From contig CBFDEM010000010.1 in the NCBI GenBank assembly GCA_965603825.1, forward strand, positions 124,001-188,000: a stretch of 64,000 nucleotides of DNA, given 5' to 3'. Source of the DNA: Blepharisma stoltei ATCC 30299. Taxonomy: Eukaryota > Protista > Ciliophora. Under the pieces are notes generated by a model. That model was given only the letters and a program-made list of their open reading frames with translations, ran no database searches and was not told where the DNA came from. This document shows, piece after piece, positions 12,337 through 25,500 of the stretch; the stretch's first letter is position 1; each line of letters opens with the position of its first letter. The translations under genes and the position numbers were made by a program.

Positions 12337-12520
12337 TTAATACATCAAATAAACTTATATCACTTTAAAATAGAATATTATTGGCTCGATATACTCTATA
12401 ATAAAGTCATAAAAAAAGTTAAAAAATTGAGTTAGTTTATGAATTCTGCTTAGCAAATTTTTAAGCTATTTTTTGATAAAATAACGGAGCATAAATTTTT
12501 AAGTTCTAACTAGAATTTGT

Positions 12521-13270
12521 TTAGTTAAAATTTAATTCGAAAACTGCTTCTAATGGATAGTGGTCGCTAGGACAAATATTACCATCTTTTATATCGGTAA
12601 TTATGTTTGCGGATTTTACATTGATATTCTTAAACCAAATATAATCGTAACAATCAGCCTCTCCATATTGTCCCCAAACTTCCTTTGATCCTAAAAGCTC
12701 TGTTGGCCAGGTCACAGCTGGCTCTTTTCCATGTATTGTTTTCATAGCTGACCTAAAATGCCTTGTCAATAAATTATAAGTTGGTGAATCAGGAATACAA
12801 TTGAAATCTCCCAATAGAATAATAGGAAATCCCAAGTAATTCCTAATTCATTCCAATAACTGAGAAGCTTGGCTAAGTCTTTCATCCTCGGAAATATGGT
12901 CTAAATGAGTGTTCACAATATACATTTCTTTGTTTTCTATGCGAATCTTCATAAGTTGGGCTACACGAATACTTGAGCGGTAGGTGAAATAACTTTCAGA
13001 TATGATCTTGATGTCAGATTTAATCAAAATTCCATTCCCATCAATGCGAAAGGTTGGATCATTCCAAAACATTGGCTCTGGAAGAGGAGAAAAAATAAAA
13101 TTAAAACCGGTTCTTGTGTAGATGTTGCGGTTTCCTTCGAAATTTACCTCTTGAAATCCAACTATAGAGCTGCCCATAGAGTCTAAAGCTTGAGTTATTA
13201 GACGACTTCTAATTGGATAGGTGAGAAAAGTGTTGAATATGTTAAAGGTACTTACTTTTAGCATATTCAT
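12521..13270 (-). CDS. EEP family protein, tandem copy B, 249 aa
   Basis: Same motif set as copy A; one TGA at 12848. Confidence 0.92.
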
Positions 13271-13554
13271 TACTATAAATTAAGAAAAAATTTTCAATTC
13301 TTGCTAGACCTAAAGAAACATCATAATAATTTCATGATTTACAAATTCTTTTACTTTTCGCGGCATAAATATATATGAAAGCATATACATGCACAGATGT
13401 AAAGATTTTGCTTGCAATGAGATCTATAAATATTAAAATTGACAAAATCATCGCCTTTACTTTATGTACTCCATTCATATTTACTGAATTAAGGCTATAA
13501 ACGATTTTAGTAAGGATTTATAGTAAAATAGTTAAGCGGATTCGAATAATCTTT

Positions 13555-13788
13555 TTAAACATCGACAGACTCGAACTCATCAAGCCCAAATCCATGAATT
13601 TTGGGTAAATTTAAACTCCTATTACTGTCACGATTCCTCATTATTGATTGCTTCATTTTTTCAACCTGAGGGGACTCATATTTTGAATTCAGCCAACCTC
13701 TGTAATTGACAGGTAAAGAGTTTATCGAAAATTCTTCATTTCTCGGTGTTTTATGCGGTCTTGAGCAGCAATCGCAGAGTAAATTCAT
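13555..13788 (-). CDS. Small hypothetical protein, 77 aa
   Basis: ATG to TAA ORF in a relatively GC-richer island between AT-rich spacers; no recognisable motif. Confidence 0.55.
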   Translation of the reverse strand: MNLLCDCCSRPHKTPRNEEFSINSLPVNYRGWLNSKYESPQVEKMKQSIMRNRDSNRSLNLPKIHGFGLDEFESVDV

Positions 13789-14064
13789 GATATTTATTTA
13801 ATATTAGTTACATTTTGGTGAGATTTCACAAATTAACATTAGAATGTTGTAGCAATTGAAATCCAAAACTTTTGCATGGATTTCATTAGATTTTATTGCA
13901 GACTAATACTAAATTTTCTATTTAAATATTTAATAAATTATATCAACTTAATTTTTTTTGAGATGATTCTAAATTAATACTTGTTATTTTAAAATCACAA
14001 AACTTTATTAAAGGAGTAATTATAAAAATTTTAGATTAGGAAATAATTAGTGAATCCCCGAAAT

Positions 14065-15120
14065 ATGGAAAACCGGCAATATCTTTATCAACTCTTCACA
14101 GAGCGCGGGTTTTTATCTGTAAGCGGAGCAGCCAAGGCACTCAATATAAGTATTGATATTGCATCAAACTTATTATTAGAAATGCTTCAATTCCCTGAAA
14201 TATCTGCAATTTACTCTATTTACGACCCATCAGGAATAAAATTAGTAAAAAATCCTTCCGTAATCGAAGGTGCCACATTATTTGCTATTTCTCAGCTAAA
14301 TCCTCATCAAAGCTCCTTTAATATAGAATATTCTCAGCAAAGACCCTCAATGAGGTCTCCAAATCTTGTTTATCCGCCCTGCAAAATTGGTCCTTATCTG
14401 CAAACTAGGAGAGAGTTTGAAAAACCAAGCATAAATATAGAGGTTCAATCATCTCCAGCAGTCTTAGCAAAACCTGTAGAAAAAGCATCAGCAGCGGTAA
14501 TTCTGAATTCTGAAAGAAATAAGCCAAGTGATCCAATTAAGCCAAGCATCTTTAAGGGTCCATCTCAAAGCCAAATTTCATTTGCAAAGGCCAGTCAATC
14601 TTTTGAAACCCCAGAAAAAATAGCCAAGCCTCCTCAGCCAGTCCAGAATAAAATTGATTTCCCCAAAGCCCAAGAGAACCAAGAAGTTATTGAGCAAATC
14701 CCTATGAATGTAGAGCCCAAGCCAAAGCCAAAAAAGAAAAGTGGAATTAATGAGATTTTATCAAGCAGTATTTATACAGCTGAAGAAGAAGACCGAATGG
14801 ATATTGTCGAAGAGCCAAAGCTTGAAACAACGCTAAAGAGGAAGCTAAAAATCGAAGAAAAAGACAATAAAAAAGTAAAAATGGAGCTGCAGCAGCCAAC
14901 GCCTCCAATCCCAATGCCAGAAGGTCCAAGAGTAAAGCACGTAAAAACAGTGGTTTCAAAGACTTACATAAATGAAAAAGGATACCTCGTCACCGAAGAT
15001 GTCGTAGAAGATCAAATAGTCACTATAACTGACCCAGAGCCAAGAATAAAGCCAACACAAATACTTGGGTGCAAAAAAGGGACCCAGTCATGTATGCAAG
15101 CCTTTTTGGTGAAATCATAA
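14065..15120 (+). CDS. POLD3: DNA polymerase delta subunit 3 (Cdc27/Pol32/p66)-like, 351 aa
   Basis: KTYINEKGYLVTEDV motif and terminal PIP-box-like QSCMQAFL; N-terminal winged-helix-like segment; disordered middle. Confidence 0.75.
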   Translation: MENRQYLYQLFTERGFLSVSGAAKALNISIDIASNLLLEMLQFPEISAIYSIYDPSGIKLVKNPSVIEGATLFAISQLNPHQSSFNIEYSQQRPSMRSPNLVYPPCKIGPYLQTRREFEKPSINIEVQSSPAVLAKPVEKASAAVILNSERNKPSDPIKPSIFKGPSQSQISFAKASQSFETPEKIAKPPQPVQNKIDFPKAQENQEVIEQIPMNVEPKPKPKKKSGINEILSSSIYTAEEEDRMDIVEEPKLETTLKRKLKIEEKDNKKVKMELQQPTPPIPMPEGPRVKHVKTVVSKTYINEKGYLVTEDVVEDQIVTITDPEPRIKPTQILGCKKGTQSCMQAFLVKS

Positions 15121-15165
15121 ATTTTAATTTATGCTAATTCATTTCCATATTTAAATTACTAACGG

Positions 15166-17472
15166 ATGAGTAGTCCAGCAAGAGATTACCCTCTCTCTCG
15201 GTCAAGAATTGAGACTGAGACATATTCACCGATGATTGTTGATGATTTACTAAGCGGCCTCAATGAGTGAAGAAGCGTTCAAGACATCATAAGACTGACT
15301 TTCAAAGCATTATCAGATGTAGTTAAAAGCCAAGGTGGCAGTATTAAGGATCTTGAACTCCAAATGCCTTCAAAAGCGTCGAAAGCTGAGCTAAATTCAG
15401 GACTGGCTATGAAAGCCAATATTTCTGATATATCTCGCACTTTTTCCGAACTGCGCAGTTCTTTGGACTCAAAAGCAACCATTGATGACGTTTATCCTTT
15501 GGTTGAGGACAAGGTCTCTCGCAGTGATCTTCAATACTTGTTAGGCAATAAAGTAAGCTATGAAGAGCTTAGAACTGCACTTGAAGCCAAGGCTGATTTA
15601 AGAGAAATTCAATCAGAAGTCCGAGCATTGCGTGCTGCAATGGAAGAAATGCATGAAGAAACGTACCGGAAGCTTCAGCAGTGTGCTAATGTAAGAGATA
15701 TCCAAAATATCGAAAAGCAGCTAGAAATCAAAGCAAATATTTCAGATGTAAATGAAGCCTTACAAGAAAAAGCCAATAAAGAGTCAGTTGCTAATGCTCT
15801 TCACAGGAAAGCGAATAGAGTTGATATTGATGCACTGTTAAGTAAAAAGGCAGAGCTCATTGAGCTGAAAAATTTAGAAAGGGTTGTAGATACAAAAGCA
15901 GATATCAGCAACTTTGATTTATTAGCAAGAGAAGTTGAGCTGAAAGGAGATAGAGCTGAAATCACAAAATATATCACCTATGAGCTTTCGAAAAAAGCTG
16001 AAAAAACAGATATAGATGGAGTATTAGGAAGTCTAAACAGCTCGAAAAAAGATACAGAGTCAAAAACAAGCCAGAAGTTTTTAGAGGTTGAGCAATATTT
16101 GAGCAACCTAAAAGTGGAATATGATAAAATGCAGGCAAGCATTTCTGCTGCTTTAGCAAGAAAAAGTGACGTCAGGGATTTTGAAAAGCTGAGTCAACTG
16201 GTTGGGAAAAAATCTGATTCAGAAAATGTTGGAGCAGCATTGGGGAGCCTTAAAGCAGAAGTTTTAGACTTAATAAACGGTCTTCAATCGCAACTTAAGT
16301 ATGAGAGCCGCAGGATTGAAGAATATTTTACCGATAAAACTGAAAAACTTGGAATGAATGGGAAAATTTTGGAAGAAGAAATTGGAAAAGTGAAGGCCAT
16401 TTCTCAAACTTCAAGCAGTCAAGGCAAAGCTGATCTCGACGAAAGCATGAAATATGTACAAAATGTGCTAGCTTCTATTAAAAATGAAGATATCAAAGTC
16501 CTTAGACATGAAATAGCTGCTGTTCAAAGAGATGTGGAAGAATTGCATGCCAGAAAGTCAGACAAAGCAGAGACTTTGAAATATCTTGAGTCCAAGGCTG
16601 ATATAAAACAACTTCAAGAGTCTCTTGATAAGCTGTACAAGGAATCCATTAGAGAAATCAGAGACAACAAAGACGAGGTGACTAACTTAATTCTCCGCAA
16701 GGAAAGAGATCTTGCAGCCTCTATTGACAAAAAGGCTTCTCTAGGTGATGTCAATTCTTTTGTGTATGAAAAATCAGAAAATCTACTCCAAAAAATAAAA
16801 TCTGAAGATTTAGAGTCACTAAAAACTTACTCACGATCCCAAGGAATAGATTTGGATTCCAAAATAAGAGACCTTCAGAAAGTTATAGATCATATCAGCA
16901 AGGAGTTTGTTGCTCGTTCTAACATAAAGGAAATTTATTCTCTATTGGACCTTAAAGCAAACTCGGATGAAGTAAATAAAATTATCCAAGGAATCCATAG
17001 AGAATTAGACCTAAAAGCAGCAAACGATGACCTAAACGTCCATATCAATGAGCAGTCAATTCTTAACGAACTACTATGTGCAGAAAATTGTGTAGCAAGG
17101 TGGATATGGAAATCTGGAGATCTTAGAGCTGGAAATTCAATACCTTGGGAAATCCAAAGTGTCAATACGTGTCCTGATAATTTCTTGTGGGAAAAAGAAA
17201 AGACCAGCGTTTTGACGATAGCGCCAGGACTTTATGAAGTAATTTACGGATTTTTCAGTAGGGTCAGACCAATTGTACAGCTGCTGGTAAACGGTCAGCC
17301 TGTGCTTACCGAATGCCAAAACGAAGGGAAAATCTGGGGAAGACACCCAGACGGCAATATTATTGGATACACGATAAAAGATTTTATAGCCTTGCCAGCG
17401 AGAGCTCGCATATCTATAGTCTATTCAGGAGATTTAGAAGTCGAAGGGTTTTTAGGATTACGAAAATTATAG
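15166..17472 (+). CDS. Long coiled-coil protein with recurring KAD/KAN/KAE units and a C-terminal C1q/TNF-like beta domain, 768 aa
   Basis: ATG 15166, TGA=Trp at 15268 extends ORF 15364..17472; tail IAPGLYEVIYGFF...VQLLVNG...GFLGLRKL. Confidence 0.8.
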
Positions 17473-17473
17473 A

Positions 17474-20458
17474 TTAAAATAAAGCATCTTGATTTGAAAG
17501 CTCTTCTTTCAATTCTTCTACTTCTTTATTTAAACTCTGTATTAATTCATTTTTCTTGTCAATCTTCGCAGACAGCTTTGAACGAGAAGTTATGCGAGAT
17601 TTTAAAGAAGATAAAATTGAGGTCATAGCATCAAGGTCTTCAGAAATATCACACTCTGTAGAAGTGCTAGAAATTCGGTTTATAACCTCTGAAGACTCAT
17701 ATGAAGAACTTGCAAGGGTTCTTTTAGAAGTTCTTCTGGATTCATTGTGAATGTATCCTATACAAATGATAGAATCATTCGGGTTCAATATGGTTGAGGG
17801 AAGGGGGTTGATTAAAATAGCTTCATTTGGCCTGTAATCATGTTGCTGGATCTTTCTTGACATTATTCCAATAGGAATTATTGGAAATTGCAGAGATAAG
17901 AGATCAAAAAAGAGGTTCTCATAAGTAGGGACACTTTCATAAAAATAAATGGATGGTATTTTAATTGTGTGGATTTTTGAATTTTCCAAAATTTCACCTT
18001 CATTTTGATCTATTGCAGTAATTTTGCTCAAAATGTCAATCAAGTCTTGATTGTAGTAGATTTGGCATATCAAGGAATCCAAATAACAGGAAAAAAAGCA
18101 TTTTCCTGATAAATGCTGAGGCCACAGTAGATGTGGCAATTCTTGGCACTTACCTTTGGGCCGGTTCCCTAAGAACCTTATATATGCCTCATCTGAAAGT
18201 TCGACATATACATTTATGTGTGGAAAACTCATTTCAATCAATCTTGATACCAAAATGGCATCAGAATCTGGAGAAAAATCGTTTTTATTAGCGGAGGCTA
18301 AAATTATAACAGCCTTGCACTCACAAACAGCTGATTTGTACATCTCTTGGTAACTTCTTAAGCTCCCCTTAAAGAAGTAAAGATTCTGATATTGTTCGGT
18401 GAGTTTTATTCATTCACTAGAAGGTTCTGCTTCATTTACAAAGCAAATTGGCTGCAGTGAATAAGACCTTAAGGCTCTGATTAGGGTAGAGAGCCCTTCA
18501 ATTTCTCCAAATATAATGATGTGATTCGAAATCTCACCATTCAAATCATCTTTTCATAAATGATAAACTCTTCCTTTTGTAAGGTTACATTGATATGAGT
18601 TATTTATTTGTTGAGCCATAATAAAAGCTTGCTCAATGTGGCTCTGATTTTGTGGAAGGCTGTTTGAATTTTTTTCATTTGAAGCAGAAACATACGTAGT
18701 TAACCTATCAGCTGTTTCTTGATCTTCCGCTATCACAAAAAGCTTGTCTCCAGATTGAACTGTATATTGGCAAGGGTTTATTAAAACCAATTTATTTCCA
18801 GATTTGGTGTTTGAAGCTTTAACTCCGAGCACTAGAACGCCATGCGAATTTAAGTATACTTCTTTAACTATATCAATAAACAGCTTATTCGCAAAGTCTT
18901 TTGGCGCTGCCACACAATAAATTTCTTGGCTGAGTCCTTGAGCTGCAAGTAAAAGCCAGTCATAATTAAAATGGCTGGGGAGCTTAAGATCATTAGTTGT
19001 ATAAAGCGAAGTTATGAGAGTCGAAAATCCTTGGTTATAAACTGAGAGCCCTAAAATACTCATTTTAATATTTTGAATTGATAAAACAGTGTGCCATGGG
19101 GCAAACTTTGCTATTGTATCAGGAAATGGCCTTACTAATTGTAAATAGGTCTGAGTATAAGGTGAAAAATGCTGAGCCATTTTAGTTATCATGATTGCGC
19201 TGATATCTTTGCTTTCAGGGTGCTTATCATGCTGATTTGTTAGAATAAAAATTGAATCCGCCATATAAGCATTAGCTTTTTCTAAGGTTATTGGAAATAT
19301 TGGATCCCCTTCCAGATATTTAACTTTCCCTTTATATTTCCCTTTAAATAATTTCAGTAGTTCTTCATTTGGATAGCCATTTCCAATAACTACACAATTA
19401 CTCTTTGTTTTTCCATGGTCCATATGATAGAATTGGCTTAAGAACCTTGACAAGCCTGCAGGGGTATAGTATCCCATTACAATTATATGGTCAGCCAAAT
19501 TATACTTTGTGTCATATTTCGAATAATTCCCAACCAGCTGTGATAGTTTAGATAGTTGATCACTAATCACATAGAGCATTGTTAAAATCATAAGCACAAC
19601 AATGATCCTTGAGCTAGTTGCGATAGGATAGACATCTCCGTATCCTACTGTTGCAGTAGTCACAATGGTATAGTAAAAAGCTGTCAGGAAATCAAAATCG
19701 CCACTATTCACATAAAATGATTTTTTATCAGTGGCATTTAGAGCATTTAGAAGCCCAGCACCTATAAATAACACGCTAAAAAGCGTGACAACCAGAATTG
19801 ACAACTGCTTTACAACAGCTGAAAACCCAGTGGTCGAAGATAAAACTTCTATTTCGTTATCTTCATAGTCTCCTCGGAGGACTTTAAAAGCTTGGGTAAA
19901 TCTAATAATTCTCAGTACTCTCAAAATTCTGAAAAAATTAAAACTGCTTGATAAAGTTCCAAAAATTAAATCTGCATAAATAGGGACAATCGTTAATGCA
20001 TCAATTAGAGTTGCTGAGGAGACGACGAAATCATATTTTCTTTGTGTATAAAAGAACCTATAAAACCAATCAGCTAAAAAAAAGCTAACTATAATCAAAT
20101 CTAAAATCCGAAAATCTGAGCGATAATTATCATCATAATATGTTTCCAAAATATACAAAATACATGCGAAAATTGTTAAGCAAATATCAAAGCCAGCTCC
20201 AAATAGTCCGAGCACTTTTTTCATGTACTTGTATTTTGCACTTTTTATTGTAAACTCTTTCCTCATGTGCTTTATATGCTTTTTATAAGATTTAATGATT
20301 TTTTCGGGAGCATTACAATTGTTGAGCACTTTGCATGTGTAGGGATCGATAAATGGGCCTTTTAATCGATATTTTTCTATTTCATCTCATACCCTCCTCA
20401 ATCTTTCTTCTGCTTCTTCTTCATTTGCTCGCTTAATCCGCGTGTTGATAATACTCAT
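17474..20458 (-). CDS. BK/Slo-type potassium channel alpha subunit, 994 aa
   Basis: S4 FFRILRVLRIIRF, filter TVGYGD, RCK1 (DHIIVMG, YLEGDP) and RCK2 (NHIIIFG); three TGA=Trp join the ORFs. Confidence 0.93.
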
Positions 20459-20838
20459 TTAAATATAGTAACATTTTTACTGCAATTTAATAATGCAAAT
20501 TATAAGGGTATTCGTTAAAGAAAAATTAATTGATAATCTTCATTTTTGAAGATTGATTGTAAGCTAGTAATAGTGATCCTTTTGTCAAAAAAATAATGCT
20601 AATCTTAATTTTCCAACTAGGAATATAAATTTTAATTATCAGAAAAATAAAGAAAATCTTTTAAATTATTAAAATATATTAATGACTTGGATGTTATGTT
20701 ACTCAATTATATTAAATATAAAGGTAATCAGTTTGTGCATAGTGTTAAATTTTTATTATCAGCTCGGTATTATTTGAATTACTTATAATAAAAAGTTGCT
20801 TCACTAACTTCAAATTCGCTTATTTAGCTGTGTTAAGA

Positions 20839-21135
20839 TTAAACACCTGGAGGTTTTGGCACACTCCACCATGCATTGATGGCTTGAACACCTACATATC
20901 CTGTCATTGCAATTGGAAAAATTGCCACTGACCTTAGTAAAGGCACCATAGCTACGCTTATTCCTGCTGCATATAGCCCATATTCCTTTGATTTTAAATA
21001 TGTGACATATCTCACTTCTTTTCAGTATTCTTTTTTGAGCTGCTTCCTTACCTTCCTATCCTCTTCAGCTATATCTCTCTTAGCTCTTTCCCTTATTTCT
21101 ATTTTTGCTTGCTTATCTAACCTTTCGTCAGACAT
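20839..21135 (-). CDS. Small membrane protein, 98 aa (not in ORF track)
   Basis: MSDERLDKQAKIEIRERAKRDIAEEDRKVRKQLKKEY[W]KEVRY...GLYAAGISVAMVPLLRSVAIFPIAMTGYVGVQAINAWWSVPKPPGV then TAA. Confidence 0.75.
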
Positions 21136-21156
21136 TTATATATCTATTGAATTAAA

Positions 21157-22536
21157 CTAAGCTGTTTTAAATAAAGACTCTGAGTGAATGTTCTTGAATC
21201 TTTCCTCAGCACGGTTTGCATTAGTTTGCAATTTTCTTACTGTATCAACATCCAATGCCTTCAGAGGGAAGCTTCTTCTATTTTTCTCCGCATAAGTTCT
21301 CAAAATGAAGTAATATTTCGCATACTCACTCTTTTTAATCCCTACATCATAATCCACAAGGGTCAAAAAGAGCCTCTCCATTGAGTTGATTTCTTTCAAG
21401 CTGAACTTTGTGAAAACTTTTGCAAAGTGGATGTTTTCATACGACTCGTCATCCCAAACTTTACTTGCAATGATCAGAGAAATTAATATTAATTTTTTCC
21501 AATTTTTCTCATTCACGTAGAGCCCAGACTTATTTATCATTCTTTCAATATATATCAAAGAAATTATTGAGCATTCTTTCTCCATTTTTGATCTAAAAAT
21601 GATGTTCTTGCAGAAGTAGTAAATATCTTTTTCCAGAGGAGCACGTTTGGATTGGGCTTGAGGGTCGTCAAATTCTTGTCTAAACAGGGCAATTACAGCA
21701 CCAGGGACCTTAGGTCCTTCGTCAAATCTGGAATTATCGACTGGGACATTTAATTCCTGAAAGAAATTAGGCAGTGAACTTATTGAAAGCTTCAGTGGGG
21801 AAATATCCTCGCGGCTTTTAGAAATCTCCAAAGAATGTTCTATATGCAGTCTCAATGCTTTTGACAAGCATCTACACATTTCTTCAATATCTAGATGAGC
21901 AAGGGTTGATCTCATACGAAAAGAATCATATGAAACACCTACTTCCTTTCTTCGTATATCAATAGTAGGTAACGGGTCATTTCCCACTGAATCTGCTGCC
22001 TGTGGTTTCTTACTGAGTGCTTCCTTTTGCTGGTTTAGTTCATTTGTGAGCTTGTTTATTTTATTTTTGGCCTCTTCCAATTCTCGTTTGAGCTTTATTT
22101 GCTTTTCTTCCTCTTTTCTTTCTTGGTCAATTTTATCATTATATTGTTCAATCATATTAGTCAGCTTTCCGTAATCTTCGCTTTGATCTTCGCTTTCTTT
22201 TTGCTCAGCAAATGAGTTTCTCCTTTCTCGCTTATGGGATTCTTCAGCACCTTTTATTGTTGAAGTGCTGCGCTTGTGGGTTCTTGTGTTTTCCGGCATC
22301 AGAAAGCGCATAATTTCAATCATGTCATTGAATTTCATGGCATCAGCTGGAGTTAGGTTTAAACGATCAGCGATGCTTTGGATTTGCTCTTTTGTGGAGG
22401 TTGCAAGAATTTTGAGATCATATGCATAGCCAAGCTCCATTAGCTTCTGAGCGTATTGCTGAAGAGAAAAAGATTGAAGGATACGGAAAAGTGGGACTAT
22501 TTGCTGAGGAGAATGCTCTGGACGCAGAAATTCCAT
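21157..22536 (-). CDS. Cyclin Y-like protein with an N-terminal SAM-like domain, 459 aa
   Basis: ECSIISLIYIERM, ASKVWDDESYEN, EYAKYYFILR; N-terminal LQSFSLQQYAQKLMELGY. Confidence 0.9.
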   Translation of the reverse strand: MEFLRPEHSPQQIVPLFRILQSFSLQQYAQKLMELGYAYDLKILATSTKEQIQSIADRLNLTPADAMKFNDMIEIMRFLMPENTRTHKRSTSTIKGAEESHKRERRNSFAEQKESEDQSEDYGKLTNMIEQYNDKIDQERKEEEKQIKLKRELEEAKNKINKLTNELNQQKEALSKKPQAADSVGNDPLPTIDIRRKEVGVSYDSFRMRSTLAHLDIEEMCRCLSKALRLHIEHSLEISKSREDISPLKLSISSLPNFFQELNVPVDNSRFDEGPKVPGAVIALFRQEFDDPQAQSKRAPLEKDIYYFCKNIIFRSKMEKECSIISLIYIERMINKSGLYVNEKNWKKLILISLIIASKVWDDESYENIHFAKVFTKFSLKEINSMERLFLTLVDYDVGIKKSEYAKYYFILRTYAEKNRRSFPLKALDVDTVRKLQTNANRAEERFKNIHSESLFKTA

Positions 22537-22593
22537 TTATATATTATAATATTTTGAATTTAAATTACTCATTAATTCTATTATTAGCTTTCA

Positions 22594-25500
22594 TTATATC
22601 ATAAGCTTGAGCTCCATGTCTGCTGACTCTGTTTTTGTATTATCATACTTTGTTGGATTTGGCATTCCATCACTTTTATCATATAAGTTCAGCATTTCTT
22701 GAATTGCATCACCTCTTTCTGAAATATCCGCTCCAGTCATCTTAGTTTCTCTGGCTGATTTCCAACCTTTATAGTTTTTTTCAACAATCCTCATCACCCC
22801 ACTCACAGCCCCCATGGCTCCAAAAACTGATCCTAAAAGTGCACTTAGCACAGTGAGTCAGCCTTGCTTCTCGAACCTTTGTGTGTAGACGCTATTTAAG
22901 TCTTTATTCAGCATAATCATCAGCTTTAAGTTCGAAGTGAAAGGCAAACTATGATAAATATTACTTTTTAATTGCATATTGAGAGCCAGCTTCAGGCGGA
23001 GTGTTATAGGAGACATGATAGCCTGTAAGTTTGTCTGGCCAGTCAGATACATAAGACCTAAAAAGTGAAGGAATCATCGAAAAATAAAATTTACTTGGAT
23101 TAGCTCCTCTGAATACCTGATTTTTTTGTGGCAGTAGCGATTGAGAAATGCTGCTAAATTGATTCGGAATTGAAGAAGATGAATTCAAGCTGACACTTAT
23201 AGCAGAAGTGTAGCTCTGCTTTTCTTGCAGGTCTAATTCAATATATGCTCCAGTGCTAATAACGCAGCTTGCAAAAGAAAATGAAATGTGGCAATTTCCT
23301 TCAGATCGGCTGCACTTCAGCTCCATCCAAGAATACGAGATCTCATGAAGAGTTTTAAGCAGCGAAGACTCACATTTGCCATTATCCACACAGTTTCCTC
23401 CATATCTATACAAAACAACCTCTATATTCACGGTTGCAGGAAAATCAGTCAGTTCATTTTCCAAAGCAACAAGTGGCACAAGTGACTTATCTTCATATAT
23501 ATTATTTTTGGCGTACACAATCCATGCATCGCAAATTAAAATAATCGCAGCTACCAGGAAGACTATCGTAAATGTCCCTCCAAGTTTGGTGCTGTGTCTT
23601 TTCATGATTTGAAAAAGCTGATAGTTGTGGCCTTCTTTGTAGAGGTCGAGTGCTTTCAGCTTGTCTCTCAAAAAGTTAATTGACACAAATAGAATAAAAA
23701 TGATGAAGAAAAGCACACAAACTGTAGTTATCATGGCGTTAAAAGCGTCATCTGCGTCCGAGTTATAAGAAGAGGTATCAAATAATGATGGTTGGCTTGA
23801 TGAATAAGAATTGATTGAGTCAGTCTCTAGAGGTGATGAACTTCCAACGGGGCAGTATTTATTAACAGGGCAGGCCCTGCAAGTAGCTGAGCCTTCAAAT
23901 GAATTGTAAGAGCTTGAATCGCATGGGTAGCATTGATAAGCTGTATTCGCACCTTTTGTAGGGTTAAATGTCCCTGATGGACAGCTGAAACAAGTTGTGG
24001 CACCATAAGAAGGATTGAATGTGCCTGCAGGACATGGCACACAAGCATTGTTTTGAATATAAGTTCCAGGACTACAAGTCCAATGGCATGAAGTATTTGT
24101 GGACGTATCGCAAGCAAGCTCAATTTTTATGAAACTGCCTTGTGCCAAAAATGCTCGCATTGCTTCCCCAGCAACTGACCCTCCTCCTTGAATGTAAAAG
24201 CTCTTCTTGTAATATAAAGAAGCAGACGAATAAAAATAGTCTTCCATGGAGTTTTGAGAAGTAATTGTATCAGTATCTAAATTAAGAACAAAGATACTAG
24301 GCTTTAAATCTGTTCCTCATGCTTGTCCACCTAGGACACCAACTTCATTATATTTATTAAGCTTGACAGCAGCATTGGCTCTTGCATTTTTGCCACTTTC
24401 TTCAAGATAGAGATTCACTCAGTGCTGCAGAGTCATATTAAAAACGTCAACATTACCTATAGGCTCCTCTCCATCAGTTGATCCTAGCATTGTATAGAAA
24501 AGAATATTCCCATAGGTATCAGCTGCTAACTCACAACTATGCCCATAAACTGGCAATGGATGATTCCCTAAAGCAACTTCATATAAAAGTTTATAAGAGT
24601 TCGTCCCTGTGTTGTACAACCACAAGTCATTTGTAATTCCAGATTCGGTTTTCCCTCCAAAAATGAAAACATAAGGCAAATAAACCTTCATACAAGCTTC
24701 AACACGACCTGCAGGTAAATCTATAGAGCTTGGGATGACTTCTTTCCAGCTATTCGTTATCAGGTTCAAATAATATAAATCATTCAAGTATGAAGTTCCA
24801 TCGTATCCTCCAAATATGACCACTAGATCTCCTTGAGAATCAGAAGCGTGCCCTGATCTAGGTGATGGAATGTCCCCACTTGTGAGAATTGATTGCCAAG
24901 AAGTAGGATTTTCTGGGTCCAGCTCCCATAAGTCATTATAATAGTCATTTCCATTTTGACCTCCGAATAAGTACAGTTTCGCTTCAGAAGAGCACAATGA
25001 ATGGCTTTTCCTAGGACTAGGGCTTTTAAACTCATAGCTTAAAACTGTATATGTGATTTCTGAGCTAGTTAGATCAAGTTTAATTAAATTGTTCATAATC
25101 GTTACATTATAGCTTGAGCTATAGCCTCCAAATATGTACACAGAGCCACTGCTACTGCCAAAAAATGCATAAGAATCTCGACGAATCATGTTTCAATTTT
25201 CGTCTTCTACTATAGTCACATTGGACCAGCTATAGTTTGACCCAGTTAAACTCACTTTCATTATATTTCCTAGATCTGCTCCTATAAGGTCAGATCAGCC
25301 AAAAAGCAAATAAAATTCATCATTATATATAGCGCTCCCAGTAAGATACCTGTAACTATATGGGTTTGAACTGCTAGTTATATCTTCTCACACACTATTG
25401 GCCAAGTCGTACCTGAAAAAATTGTGATTGTACTCAGAAGCTGTTCCATGAATTCCTTGCCCGCCGGCAAGGTAAATATATCCATTTCAATATTGGATTG

